64,000 nt of DNA from assembly GCA_045603745.1 (NCBI GenBank), contig JAZUMQ010000049.1:518-64517 (forward strand), written 5' to 3'. Position numbers and translations under genes: made by a program. Shown here one piece after another: positions 46,581 to 56,585 of the stretch. The number at the start of each line of letters is the position of its first letter. Within the stretch, counting starts at the first letter, position 1. The stretch is from Eubacteriales bacterium (lineage in GTDB: Bacteria > Bacillota > Clostridia > Oscillospirales > UBA644). Under the pieces are notes generated by a model. The model searched no databases and was not told the origin of the DNA. It saw only the letters and a program-made list of their open reading frames with translations.

Positions 46581-48383
46581 ATGAAGATTCTGTACAACGA
46601 CGGACACGTTGCGGAATGTCCCGAAGAGGAACAACTCCACGTCATTCGCCACACCGCCGCCCACATCATGGCACAAGCCATTCAGCGGCTTTGGCCCCAT
46701 GCGGATTTCGCATACGGACCTGCCACGGAGCGCGGATTTTATTACGACGTCGATTTGGGTGACGTCAAACTCACCGACGAAGATCTCCCCCGCATTGAAG
46801 CGGAAATGAAAAAGATCACCAAAGAAAATCTGCCCATCAAAACCTTCACGTTACCTCGAGAAGAAGCGGTAAAACTGATGCAAGAGCGGGGCGAAAAATA
46901 TAAGGAAGAACACATTGGCGATCTTCCGGAAGATGCTACCATCTCCTTCTATCAGCAGGGAGACTACATTGATATGTGCGTCGGCCCCCACCTGACCTAC
47001 ACCAAAGGAGTCAAGGCATTCAAATTGACCCAACAGTCCGGCGCCTATTGGAAAGGCGACAAATCGAACAAGATGCTGACCCGCATCAACGGAATCGCAT
47101 TCCCCAACCAGACCGAATTGGACGAATACGTCCAACAGATGGAAGAAGCGGAAAAGCGGGATCACAACAAATTGGGTCGGGAATTGGAATACTTTACCAC
47201 TGTGGATTCCATCGGACAGGGACTTCCGATTCTGTTGCCCAACGGTGCCAGAGTGATTCAGTTACTCCAACGCTGGATCGAAGACGAAGAACAGAAGCGG
47301 GGATATATCCTCACAAAAACGCCTTTGATGGCAAAGCGGGATCTGTACCGCATTTCCGGCCACTGGGATCATTATCTGGACGGCATGTTTATTTTGGGTG
47401 ATCCCTACGATGAAGAAAAGGAATGTTTTGCGCTCCGTCCCATGACCTGTCCTTTCCAATATCAGGTATATCTGAGCAAGGCTCGTTCTTACCGTGATCT
47501 GCCCTTGCGTTACGGGGAAACCTCTACCCTGTTCCGGAATGAAGATTCCGGAGAAATGCATGGGCTTATTCGGGTTCGTCAGTTCACCATTTCAGAAGGA
47601 CACTTGGTATTGCGTCCTGATCAGTTGGAAGAAGAATTCCGGGGTTGTTTGAATTTGGCAAACTATTGCTTGGAAACCTTGGGCTTGAAGGAAGACTGCT
47701 CTTTCCGGTTCTCTCAATGGGATCCCGCAAAAGCAGGCATCAAGTACGAAGGTACTGCCGAACAGTGGGAAATGGCGCAGAATACCATGAAGCAGATCTT
47801 GGACAACATCGGCATCGACTACGAAGTGGGCATCGACGAAGCCGCCTTCTACGGTCCGAAGTTGGATATTCAGATCAAGAACGTATTCGGCAAGGAAGAT
47901 ACGCTGATCACCATTCAGATCGACATGCTTTTGGCAGAAAAATTCGGCATGGAATACACCGATTCCGACGGACAGAAGAAACTGCCCTACATCATTCACC
48001 GTACTTCCATGGGTTGTTATGAACGCACCCTGGCGTTGCTGATTGAAAAGTACGCCGGCGCTCTGCCCACCTGGATGGCACCGGAACAAGTTCGGATTCT
48101 GACCATCACCGACCGTGCCAACGACTACGCCGCCAACATTCAAAGCGAACTGTTGAAACAAGGCTACCGGGTCACGGTGGACGACAGTCAGAACACCCTG
48201 AAATACAAGATTCGCTCTGCACAGATGGAAAAGATTCCCTATATGGTCATTTTGGGCGACAAGGACATGGAGAACAACACCGTCTCCGTCCGTCACCGCT
48301 CCGGAGAAGATCTGGGCGCCATTACCCTCGACGCGTTCAAGGAAACCTTAGCAGACGTTGTGGGCAATAAGTTGAAGAAATAA
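46581..48383 (+). CDS. thrS: threonine--tRNA ligase (short N-terminus)
   Basis: 600 aa from ATG 46581 (SD GAAAGGAAG). It has the editing-domain HxxxH (RHTAAH), the class II core (FRNEDSGEMHGLIRVRQFT) and an anticodon-binding C-terminus. Confidence 0.92.
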   Translation: MKILYNDGHVAECPEEEQLHVIRHTAAHIMAQAIQRLWPHADFAYGPATERGFYYDVDLGDVKLTDEDLPRIEAEMKKITKENLPIKTFTLPREEAVKLMQERGEKYKEEHIGDLPEDATISFYQQGDYIDMCVGPHLTYTKGVKAFKLTQQSGAYWKGDKSNKMLTRINGIAFPNQTELDEYVQQMEEAEKRDHNKLGRELEYFTTVDSIGQGLPILLPNGARVIQLLQRWIEDEEQKRGYILTKTPLMAKRDLYRISGHWDHYLDGMFILGDPYDEEKECFALRPMTCPFQYQVYLSKARSYRDLPLRYGETSTLFRNEDSGEMHGLIRVRQFTISEGHLVLRPDQLEEEFRGCLNLANYCLETLGLKEDCSFRFSQWDPAKAGIKYEGTAEQWEMAQNTMKQILDNIGIDYEVGIDEAAFYGPKLDIQIKNVFGKEDTLITIQIDMLLAEKFGMEYTDSDGQKKLPYIIHRTSMGCYERTLALLIEKYAGALPTWMAPEQVRILTITDRANDYAANIQSELLKQGYRVTVDDSQNTLKYKIRSAQMEKIPYMVILGDKDMENNTVSVRHRSGEDLGAITLDAFKETLADVVGNKLKK

Positions 48384-48402
48384 TTCCATACAAAAAAAGA
48401 TG

Positions 48403-48439
48403 CACCGCAGAGGATTTTCTGCGGTGCGTTTCGTTTTTG
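48403..48439. terminator. bidirectional terminator between thrS and the DUF4340 gene
   Basis: GCACCGCAG (48403-48411) / CTGCGGTGC (48420-48428) followed by GTTTCGTTTTT, with an A-run upstream. Confidence 0.8.
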
Positions 48440-48451
48440 GGGGAGGGACAA

Positions 48452-49948
48452 TCAACTTAAGATTTGTTGTCCTTTTAAGAGTTTTTGAGTATCGTTAATG
48501 ACCTTGTTTACTTCGGTGATGCGGACGGTCAAGAAGGCTTGCCCGCGGACTTCTACAAGACAGTTGCGAGAATCGATGGAATAGAATTTCAAGGTTTGAA
48601 CCGCATCGTCCACGGTGGTGTAGGAAATGGTCAAAATCGGTTCGGCGTCTTGGGGCATAGTTCCTTCCCCGGTGGGGAACATTCCCATAATATTGGCGTA
48701 AAAATCCCGGAAGGAATCGCCATCAACGGCAGTGTCACCACAGGAGACCCGAAGATCTTCCTTGTCGTCGGAATCCGCACCGGAAAGAGTGAAAGTATAC
48801 TCGCCCTCAGCGGAAGAAACGGTCAGAGATTTCAGATTGCGAATATACTCCCCAAACAACAGTTTGGTACAGTAACGATAAGGAGTCCATTCCAACCAAG
48901 AGAAGGTATTTGCGGGCATGGAATAGACCACAGGTCTGCCCTCAAACATGACGTAAACTTCTTTGTCTGCCGTTTTCCCCAGCCAATACGTCACGGTATA
49001 GAGGCTATATTCTCCGGTGGGCTTGGTGGAATCATAATAAGGATACGTGGTATTATTATACATCATGGGATTGGCGTCGGAATAAACGGCAAGAACGATT
49101 TCGGTGCGAGACTCCGCATCAAGACCGTACTGTTCCAGATCACTCTCCGATACACACATCTGAACCACGCGATCGGCCGAAAGATCTACCATGGTGGTCA
49201 TCAAAGTTTCTATAGCGGTGGCTTCCACACCCCATTGATAGGGAGAAACCATGGCGATGTTTCCGAAATAAATGCCTTCGATTTTCTGTTCTTCCTCATT
49301 TGCCTGACGGAAGGAGTAGTTCAAGGTAGGAGATTTGATAGTCAACCCTCGGAAATCCGCGGCGGGATCGAAGGGTTTGTAAATCTTCTTATCACAATAT
49401 TCGGCAACGGATTTGAGATACCGTTCCGCAAATAACCGCTCCATGAGATAGACGGTGTTATCTCCTTTGACCGACATATAATAATATTCGCCGGTGGGGT
49501 TTGCATCTCCGATGTGGAAGGTAACGTTTGCGTTACTGTACGCCTGAATGGTAATGGTAGCTTGAGGATTTTCCAATCCAAAGCGGGACAGGTTCGTGCA
49601 ATTTTCGTCGACCACAGTATTGAGGGTCAAAGTCTCCACACTTCGGAATAATCCCAAAGAAGAGGCGGAAAGTAAAGGGATCGTTTCATAACCAACGATA
49701 TAAACCGAACCGCCTTCCATACGCACCCGATAGGTGCCGTAAGGATTGGCAATTTCCATGTAATCCACGTTCTTTGGAGAAAAGCGGCAAACTTTGATTC
49801 CTTCGTCGTTAACGGTAAGCCCGAAATCCAAATTTTCCTTTTCCGGTTCGGGGGTGGGTTCGATTTTCGAGATCAGAACAATGGCGACTGCCAAAAGGGC
49901 ACAAACCAACAAAAAGATCCCGATGGTGAGCATACGTTTTTTTATCAT
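48452..49948 (-). CDS. DUF4340-like membrane-anchored protein (last gene of the ABC/GldG module)
   Basis: 498 aa from ATG 49948 (ATGA overlap with the upstream stop). It has an N-terminal TM segment. The family call rests on context and general resemblance, not on a specific motif. Confidence 0.6.
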   Translation of the reverse strand: MIKKRMLTIGIFLLVCALLAVAIVLISKIEPTPEPEKENLDFGLTVNDEGIKVCRFSPKNVDYMEIANPYGTYRVRMEGGSVYIVGYETIPLLSASSLGLFRSVETLTLNTVVDENCTNLSRFGLENPQATITIQAYSNANVTFHIGDANPTGEYYYMSVKGDNTVYLMERLFAERYLKSVAEYCDKKIYKPFDPAADFRGLTIKSPTLNYSFRQANEEEQKIEGIYFGNIAMVSPYQWGVEATAIETLMTTMVDLSADRVVQMCVSESDLEQYGLDAESRTEIVLAVYSDANPMMYNNTTYPYYDSTKPTGEYSLYTVTYWLGKTADKEVYVMFEGRPVVYSMPANTFSWLEWTPYRYCTKLLFGEYIRNLKSLTVSSAEGEYTFTLSGADSDDKEDLRVSCGDTAVDGDSFRDFYANIMGMFPTGEGTMPQDAEPILTISYTTVDDAVQTLKFYSIDSRNCLVEVRGQAFLTVRITEVNKVINDTQKLLKGQQILS

Positions 49949-51546
49949 AAGTGTTTTCTTCTTCTCCAAATCAGAAGCCCGCAAGCAAGGAAGCACACGG
50001 GAACAACCACGGCAGAAGTCACCCAAACGGCGGTGATCTGTCCATCATTTTCAAATTTCAGGGTATCGGTCAAAAGGCTGACCGTGGGGATATGACTGGT
50101 CAAAGATTCGCTCTGTGCCGCCATAAAGTGAACCAACTGCGCCATATATTCTTGAGTCGCTTGGTTTTCACTATCTACGTTGGAGATGAAATAATCGTCC
50201 ACCAAAGAGGTAGAACCGAAAACCGCGACAGAAGTGGCAAACGTATTCAGTCCGTCATACCGCTTACGCAACGCCAAAAGTCCTACGTCAAAGGGACCGG
50301 AAGAATCTCCTTCCTGTTTTTTGATGCCGGAAAAATCGTTGCGCGAGGCGACTTGGAAGCGAGAAAAAGACGTTTCCGAAGATTGCAAGAGGGAATAGAC
50401 CGAAACGCCGTCTTGTTCTTCAAAGAGTTTTTTCAGTGCCCGGGTCTTCCCCAATTGCAGGTTCAAATCAAAATTGCCGGAAGCCAAGGTGCCGGTCATT
50501 GCCGATGCTTCATCGGAATATTTCACCCGGAAGGTGGCATTCGCCCCGGTCAGCGTAGTGCTGCGTTCCGGATCGTAAATGCATTCGTCCTGCAGGGAAA
50601 TGCCCCATTCCTCCAGATAATTTCGCAATTCCGTATCGGAATTACAGTAATCCAGATCGGCAAAAACCATCATGCTCTTCCCTTCCAATTCGTTATTGGA
50701 AAGGAATGCGTCGATTTTTGTAATGTCGCTGGCAGAATATTGGCGGGTGGGATTGCAGATGACGATAAGTTGATAATCGTCGGGAATTTTCTCCACGGAC
50801 GTCAACTCCAAGGTGTCGACCATATAGCCATCGTCTTCCATGACGGCTTTGAAATAAGCCAACCGCCGTTCGCTGTGACCGCTGAGAAGAGCAATCTTTT
50901 TCATATCGGGATTGGTTGTATAGCGAATCCCGGTATTCAGACGATTTTCCAATGCAAGATATTGACTGTCACTGAAAAGGGAGCTTCGGATAAAACGGTA
51001 ACGACCGGTATCGGGGGAATAAACGATTAACACCGGATCGTCTCCCAAATCGTCGGTGACGGGGAGATTGTTCCGTTCTTTGAAAAATTCGGGGTTATAG
51101 TTATAATCCACATAATAAAGCTTGACGTGGAAGGATACTTCCGCGTAACGGTCGAGGGTTTCCACAATATATTTGTGAACCGACACCCCCAAACCGGAAG
51201 AAGAACCGGAGGAAGCAGAAGTAGAATAACTCCGCCAATCCGCCTCGTCTCCAAGAACGATAAATTCCACATCGTATTCCAATTTCTGCAGATATTCCAC
51301 CGTTTCATCGCTGACGGTAAAGATTTGTTTTTCCGTCAGATCCCATTGCAGATTGAAGCGATCGGAAGCAAGGGCGACCAAAACGTTCAACCCGATCATA
51401 AGCGCAACAAAAACAACGGTAAAGACCGTGGCGGCGGCTCCGTAACGGAACTTTGCCCAAAAGCTTTTGCGAACTTCCACGTGATATGCAAGTTCGGCGG
51501 TGTCTTCGGAAAGAAGGATTCCGGTTTCTTTCACTTTCTTTTTCAC
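49945..51546 (-). CDS. GldG-like ABC-transport auxiliary protein
   Basis: 533 aa. GTG start after AGGAGG, with N- and C-terminal TM anchors flanking a large external domain. This is typical of the ABC-type uncharacterized transport system component. Confidence 0.65.
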   Translation of the reverse strand: MKKKVKETGILLSEDTAELAYHVEVRKSFWAKFRYGAAATVFTVVFVALMIGLNVLVALASDRFNLQWDLTEKQIFTVSDETVEYLQKLEYDVEFIVLGDEADWRSYSTSASSGSSSGLGVSVHKYIVETLDRYAEVSFHVKLYYVDYNYNPEFFKERNNLPVTDDLGDDPVLIVYSPDTGRYRFIRSSLFSDSQYLALENRLNTGIRYTTNPDMKKIALLSGHSERRLAYFKAVMEDDGYMVDTLELTSVEKIPDDYQLIVICNPTRQYSASDITKIDAFLSNNELEGKSMMVFADLDYCNSDTELRNYLEEWGISLQDECIYDPERSTTLTGANATFRVKYSDEASAMTGTLASGNFDLNLQLGKTRALKKLFEEQDGVSVYSLLQSSETSFSRFQVASRNDFSGIKKQEGDSSGPFDVGLLALRKRYDGLNTFATSVAVFGSTSLVDDYFISNVDSENQATQEYMAQLVHFMAAQSESLTSHIPTVSLLTDTLKFENDGQITAVWVTSAVVVPVCFLACGLLIWRRRKHL

Positions 51547-51558
51547 TCCGACACCTCC

Positions 51559-52284
51559 TTAACGCCAGCGGCGGCGTTCCAATACGCGCACCGTCAAAAA
51601 TAGGAAAATCGCCGTAAAGGTCAGATAAAAGACCACAGATTCCAAAGTAACGATCCCGCCGGCAAAATTATCGTACCAAATAAAAATATTCAGCTTTTGA
51701 ACGATTTGAGGAAGCCATTGTAACCATTGAGGAAGAAGTGCTCTTAAAAAAGACGCAACGAAATCCACCAACATCAAAAGCAGAAAGACTGCGGCAGTAC
51801 CACCTGCGGCGACGATGGAATTTTCGGTCAAACAGGAAACGAAAAGGGCAATGGAAATCATGCAAGCGCCCAAAAGCAACGTTCCGAGGAAGTTGGAAAA
51901 GTTGGTTCCGGCATCGGGGGTTCCGAACAGGTCAATAATAAACACGTAGATCAAATTGATCAGGGTGCAGGCGGTAAAAACAGTCATGCCACCCAAAAAT
52001 TTTCCAATCACAACACCGGAAAGACTCACGGGAGAAGTAAAGATCAACTGATCGGTTTTGTTCTTTTTCTCTTCTGAAAAGAAGCGCATAGACAAAATGG
52101 AAACCACGATAATTTCCACGATAAACAACCAAAGTCCGAAGAAATTTCCCAGATAGCTGGTATTGTTCATCATCACGAACATACAGAAAAACAAGGCGGA
52201 CACAAAAGCATAGATAGCAAGGAGCAGGTATGCAGTGGAATTTTTGAAAAACCCTACCAGTTCCCGTTTTAATACGGCGATCAT
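51559..52284 (-). CDS. ABC-2 type transporter permease
   Basis: 241 aa with six TM segments and a 4-nt overlap with the upstream ATPase. Confidence 0.8.
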   Translation of the reverse strand: MIAVLKRELVGFFKNSTAYLLLAIYAFVSALFFCMFVMMNNTSYLGNFFGLWLFIVEIIVVSILSMRFFSEEKKNKTDQLIFTSPVSLSGVVIGKFLGGMTVFTACTLINLIYVFIIDLFGTPDAGTNFSNFLGTLLLGACMISIALFVSCLTENSIVAAGGTAAVFLLLMLVDFVASFLRALLPQWLQWLPQIVQKLNIFIWYDNFAGGIVTLESVVFYLTFTAIFLFLTVRVLERRRWR

Positions 52285-53300
52285 TCGGCTTCGTCCTCCT
52301 TCGGTTCTTCTGGGGATTCGGTAGACTCTGCTTCGTCCAGAGTAAGAGGTTCTCCCTCTTGCCTAACGGCAGATTGGTCGACCAATTTCAAGAAAATATC
52401 TTCCAACGAAACACCCACGGGGGTAATTACCAAAATGTACCAACCCCGCTTCGCGCATTCCTCAAACAAGGCGCGGCGAATATCCACGTCTTTATCTGCT
52501 TCGATCATGACGTCCACCGTGCCCGGTTCCATAGAACCCTGAAGCTCCACTTTCAACATGCCGGGAATGGCGGAAAGCACCGGAACGACTTGATCTTGAG
52601 GGGCGGCGATACGAACAGCATAGCGACTGTTAGCGGCGGCGGAACGGGCAAGGTCTTCGGTCAACGCATCGGCAATCAAATGCCCTTCATTGATAATAAT
52701 CACCCGTTCGCAGACCGATTGAATCTCAGACAACACGTGGGAGGAGAGAATGACCGTCCGGGTTTGACCCAATTTGTGAATGAGGTTGCGGATCTCCACA
52801 ATCTCTTTGGGGTCAAGCCCTACGGTAGGTTCGTCCAAAATAAGAATCTTGGGGTCGTTGATCAAAGCCTGCGCAAGTCCTACTCGCTGGCGGTATCCTT
52901 TGGACAGGTTGCGAATCATACGATGGCGAACGTGGGAAATACGCACCACTTCGCAAACTTCGTTCAGATGCTCCCGCCGGGGGAATTTGCACTTTTTCAG
53001 ACCGAAAACGAAATTCAGATATTCGTTGACGGTCATGTCCATATAAAGGGGCGGAATTTCAGGGAGATACCCCACGTATTCCTTCGCCTTTTCGGGGGCG
53101 TCCATCAGGTGGTAACCGTTGATATAGATCGTACCGACGGTAGGGGCGATATAGCCGGTGAGCATATTCATAGTGGTACTCTTTCCGGCGCCGTTGGGTC
53201 CTAAGAACCCGACGATCTCTCCCCGACGGACGGTAAAGGTCAGGTTATCTACGGCGGTTTTTTTTCCATACCGCTTGGTAAGCCCGGTGACTTCGATCAT
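52281..53300 (-). CDS. ABC transporter ATP-binding protein
   Basis: 339 aa. Walker A GPNGAGKST, signature LSKGYRQRVGLAQAL, Walker B LILDEP and an acidic C-terminal tail. Confidence 0.9.
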   Translation of the reverse strand: MIEVTGLTKRYGKKTAVDNLTFTVRRGEIVGFLGPNGAGKSTTMNMLTGYIAPTVGTIYINGYHLMDAPEKAKEYVGYLPEIPPLYMDMTVNEYLNFVFGLKKCKFPRREHLNEVCEVVRISHVRHRMIRNLSKGYRQRVGLAQALINDPKILILDEPTVGLDPKEIVEIRNLIHKLGQTRTVILSSHVLSEIQSVCERVIIINEGHLIADALTEDLARSAAANSRYAVRIAAPQDQVVPVLSAIPGMLKVELQGSMEPGTVDVMIEADKDVDIRRALFEECAKRGWYILVITPVGVSLEDIFLKLVDQSAVRQEGEPLTLDEAESTESPEEPKEDEAE

Positions 53301-53326
53301 GGTATAAAACTCCTTGAGTAAAAAGG

Positions 53327-55108
53327 TTATTCGTTATCAGTGACGGTGGCGATGCCGAGAATCTTCAACTGATCCGCGTCTACGGGGGCGGGGCAATCGG
53401 TCATCAGCTCGGAAGCGTTCTGAACCTTGGGGTATGCCACAACGTCCCGGAGGGATTCGCACCCCAACATCTGCATAACCAACCGGTCAAGTCCCAATCC
53501 CATACCGCCGTGGGGAGGTGCTCCGTAGCGGAAAGCATCGGTGAGATAGCCGAATTTTTCATAGGCTTCTTCGTCGGTCAGACCCAGCAGACGGAAAATA
53601 CGCTTCTGTAATTCAGGATCGGTGATACGGATCGAACCGGAAGCCAGTTCAATCCCGTTGAGTACCAAATCGTAACACTTGGCACGAACCTTACCCTTAT
53701 CGGATTCCAAATAGTCGAGACATTCGTCCAAAGGTGCGGTAAAGGCATGGTGCATCGCAATCCAGGTTTGAGATTCTTCATCGTATTCAAAGAAGGGGAA
53801 TTCCACGATCCACAGGAACTTGTAGCCTTCCAGTTTGAGTTCCAATTTCTTGGCAAGGTGGTTGCGAAGCATACCGCAGGTAGTTAAAGCCTTGGTGTTG
53901 TTGGCATCAGCAATGACGAGAACCACGTCGCCGGTCTTTGCTCCGGTTTTGGTGAGAATGGCGTTCATTTCTTCTTCGGTCATAAATTTAGCGAAGGAAG
54001 AGGTCATACCTTCCTCTGTGAGACGAATCCAAGCGATTCCCTTTCCGCCGACACCCTTTACGTAGTCCACCAGTTTGTCAATTTCCTTACGGGTCAGTTT
54101 GGAGACGGAATCTTCCGCAACCAGCGCCCGAACGGAACCGCCTCCGGCAATGGCACCGGAGAACACGGCAAAACCGGAATCTTTGACGGTTTCGGTCAGA
54201 TCAATGATCTCCATACCGAAACGAACGTCCGGCTTATCCGAACCGTAGCGTTCCATAGCTTCCTGATAGGTCATGCGAGGCAAAGGCATGGGAATGTCGA
54301 CGCCCAACGCCTCTTTGAATACCCGGCTGATGAAACCTTCACCGATCTTCAGAACGTCTTCCACTTCCACGAAAGACATTTCCAAGTCGATCTGGGTAAA
54401 TTCCGGCTGACGGTCGGCACGCAGGTCTTCGTCCCGGAAACACCGGGCAATCTGCATATAACGGTCAAATCCGGCAACCATGGAAAGTTGTTTATACAAC
54501 TGCGGAGATTGGGGCAAGGCATAAAATTCACCGGGGTGAATCCGAGAAGGAACCAAAAAGTCCCGGGCGCCTTCCGGGGTAGAACGAATGAGAATAGGAG
54601 TTTCGATTTCAATAAATCCGTTCTCGTCGAAATAGTCCCGCGTGATCTTGGTGACCCGATGACGGAATATGATATTGTTCTGCAGATCGGGGCGACGCAA
54701 ATCAAGATAACGGTGCTTGAGGCGAAGTTCTTCATTCGCCTTGGAATTTTCCACGATTTCAAAGGGAGGCGTTTCGGATTTGCCCAAAACGGTCAGTTCG
54801 GTGACCAGAACCTCCACGTCACCGGTATCCATTTTCGGATTCCGGGTTTCTTCACTACGCATACGAACAACGCCGGTGGCGGTCAATACGTCTTCCGGGC
54901 GCAGAGCATACGCCTGATCGAACAATTCTTTATTTTCGTTTTCATCAAAGGTCAGTTGCAGAATTCCGGAACGGTCCCGCAAAGTGATGAAAATCAATCC
55001 GCCCAAGGGACGGCGGCGTTGAACCCAACCATAAACATGAACGGTCTTCCCTGCATCGGAAGCACGGAATTCACCGCAATAAGCGGTACGATTTAATTCT
55101 TTTCCCAT
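53327..55108 (-). CDS. aspS: aspartate--tRNA ligase
   Basis: 593 aa. OB-fold N-terminus (GWVQRRRPLGGLIFITLRDRSG), class II motifs (FRDEDLRADRQPEFTQ, GGMGLGLDR). Confidence 0.93.
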   Translation of the reverse strand: MGKELNRTAYCGEFRASDAGKTVHVYGWVQRRRPLGGLIFITLRDRSGILQLTFDENENKELFDQAYALRPEDVLTATGVVRMRSEETRNPKMDTGDVEVLVTELTVLGKSETPPFEIVENSKANEELRLKHRYLDLRRPDLQNNIIFRHRVTKITRDYFDENGFIEIETPILIRSTPEGARDFLVPSRIHPGEFYALPQSPQLYKQLSMVAGFDRYMQIARCFRDEDLRADRQPEFTQIDLEMSFVEVEDVLKIGEGFISRVFKEALGVDIPMPLPRMTYQEAMERYGSDKPDVRFGMEIIDLTETVKDSGFAVFSGAIAGGGSVRALVAEDSVSKLTRKEIDKLVDYVKGVGGKGIAWIRLTEEGMTSSFAKFMTEEEMNAILTKTGAKTGDVVLVIADANNTKALTTCGMLRNHLAKKLELKLEGYKFLWIVEFPFFEYDEESQTWIAMHHAFTAPLDECLDYLESDKGKVRAKCYDLVLNGIELASGSIRITDPELQKRIFRLLGLTDEEAYEKFGYLTDAFRYGAPPHGGMGLGLDRLVMQMLGCESLRDVVAYPKVQNASELMTDCPAPVDADQLKILGIATVTDNE

Positions 55109-55267
55109 AAGTTATATCGTCCTTCTATTTTAATCGTTAATCATATCAAAATCGTGACGTAAGAATAAAGTTTTGAAGAAAAATCACTCTTCTGCGGCTC
55201 GCTTACGCTCGCTGCATCAGTTCGACTTGCTAAAAATTCGGCGTTATCGTCTTGAATTTTCAGAGTC

Positions 55268-56542
55268 TCACTGAACTCTCAACGCGATCTCTTTTGCTCC
55301 GTCAGACAGAGTGGTCTCAAAGGGCTCTCCCCCTGCCATGTCTTTGACGGTGATCTTTCCGCTTTCCACTTCATTGTCGCCGATAACGACCACAAAGCGG
55401 GCGTTGGTTTTGTCTGCATATTTCATCTGTGCTTTCAGAGAACGATCCATCAGATCGGTTTCTCCGCGAATTCCAAGATTCCGCAAATCGGTGGCAAGTC
55501 GATTTGCCGCAAGAACCGCCCCCTGTCCCATAGCGGCAACGTAAACACCATTGCGGGGAAGTTCGGGGAACAGCCCCCGTTCTTTCATCACACCCACGAG
55601 TCGTTCCAGACCGGCGGCAAATCCAAGTCCGCAGACCTTCATTTTTCCGTCCAGCTCGGTGACAAGTCCGTCATAACGTCCGCCCCCTGCCAAAGTAAGC
55701 CCGGAGACAGGATCGATAAATTCAAAAACGGTGCGGGTGTAATAATCCAACCCCCGAACGATGTGCGGATCGACGAAATAGGAAATTCCGGCATTATCCA
55801 ACGAAACTTTGAGGGTTTCAAAATGATCTTTACAATCGTCGCAAAGGTAATCCAAGATTACCGGAGCGTCGGCGGCGATCTCTTTGCAAATGGGGGATTT
55901 ACAATCCAAGATCCGCATGGGATTGCGGTCAAGACGTCCTCGACAAGTCTCACAAAGTTCCTCGGCGCGGGAAGAAAAATAGGTCTTCAGTGCCGCATGA
56001 TAATTTTTGCGACATTCGGGGCAACCGATGGAATTGATATTCAACGAAATCTGATCCAATCCCAATTCTTTCAGGAAAGAAGATGCAAGTTCGATTACTT
56101 CCCGATCTGCCTGAGCAGATGCGGAGCCGTACAATTCCGCACCGAACTGATGAAACTCCCGAAACCGCCCCGCCTGAGGTTTTTCATAACGGAAGGCAGA
56201 GATGATATAATAAGCCTTCAAAGGTAAAAGACCGCCGAACAGACCGTGCTCCAGACAAACCCGGACGGCGGAAGCAGTGCCTTCGGGACGCAACGTAACC
56301 GAACGATCTCCTTTATCCTTGAAGGTGTACATTTCTTTTTGAACCACGTCGGTGGTATCCCCCACGCCACGCTCGAACAATTCGGTGGACTCAAAGGTGG
56401 GGAAGCGGATCTCACGATACCCGAACCGATCGGAAACCCGACGGGCAGCGTCTTCGATCTGCTGCCACTGATAAGATTCAGCCGGGAGAACGTCGTTGGT
56501 TCCCCGGGGGGCTTTGATTTCCATAGCCATAGTCTTTTTCAC
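55268..56542 (-). CDS. hisS: histidine--tRNA ligase
   Basis: 424 aa. PRGTNDVLP, MYTFKDKGDRSVTLRPEGTA, FRYEKPQAGRFREFHQ and GGGRYD motifs. The start is GTG 56542 or ATG 12-18 nt downstream. Confidence 0.92.
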   Translation of the reverse strand: MKKTMAMEIKAPRGTNDVLPAESYQWQQIEDAARRVSDRFGYREIRFPTFESTELFERGVGDTTDVVQKEMYTFKDKGDRSVTLRPEGTASAVRVCLEHGLFGGLLPLKAYYIISAFRYEKPQAGRFREFHQFGAELYGSASAQADREVIELASSFLKELGLDQISLNINSIGCPECRKNYHAALKTYFSSRAEELCETCRGRLDRNPMRILDCKSPICKEIAADAPVILDYLCDDCKDHFETLKVSLDNAGISYFVDPHIVRGLDYYTRTVFEFIDPVSGLTLAGGGRYDGLVTELDGKMKVCGLGFAAGLERLVGVMKERGLFPELPRNGVYVAAMGQGAVLAANRLATDLRNLGIRGETDLMDRSLKAQMKYADKTNARFVVVIGDNEVESGKITVKDMAGGEPFETTLSDGAKEIALRVQ

Positions 56543-56585
56543 TTTCTATTTCTAATTTTGCATTTTTGCGAATCAAGGGAAAAGA

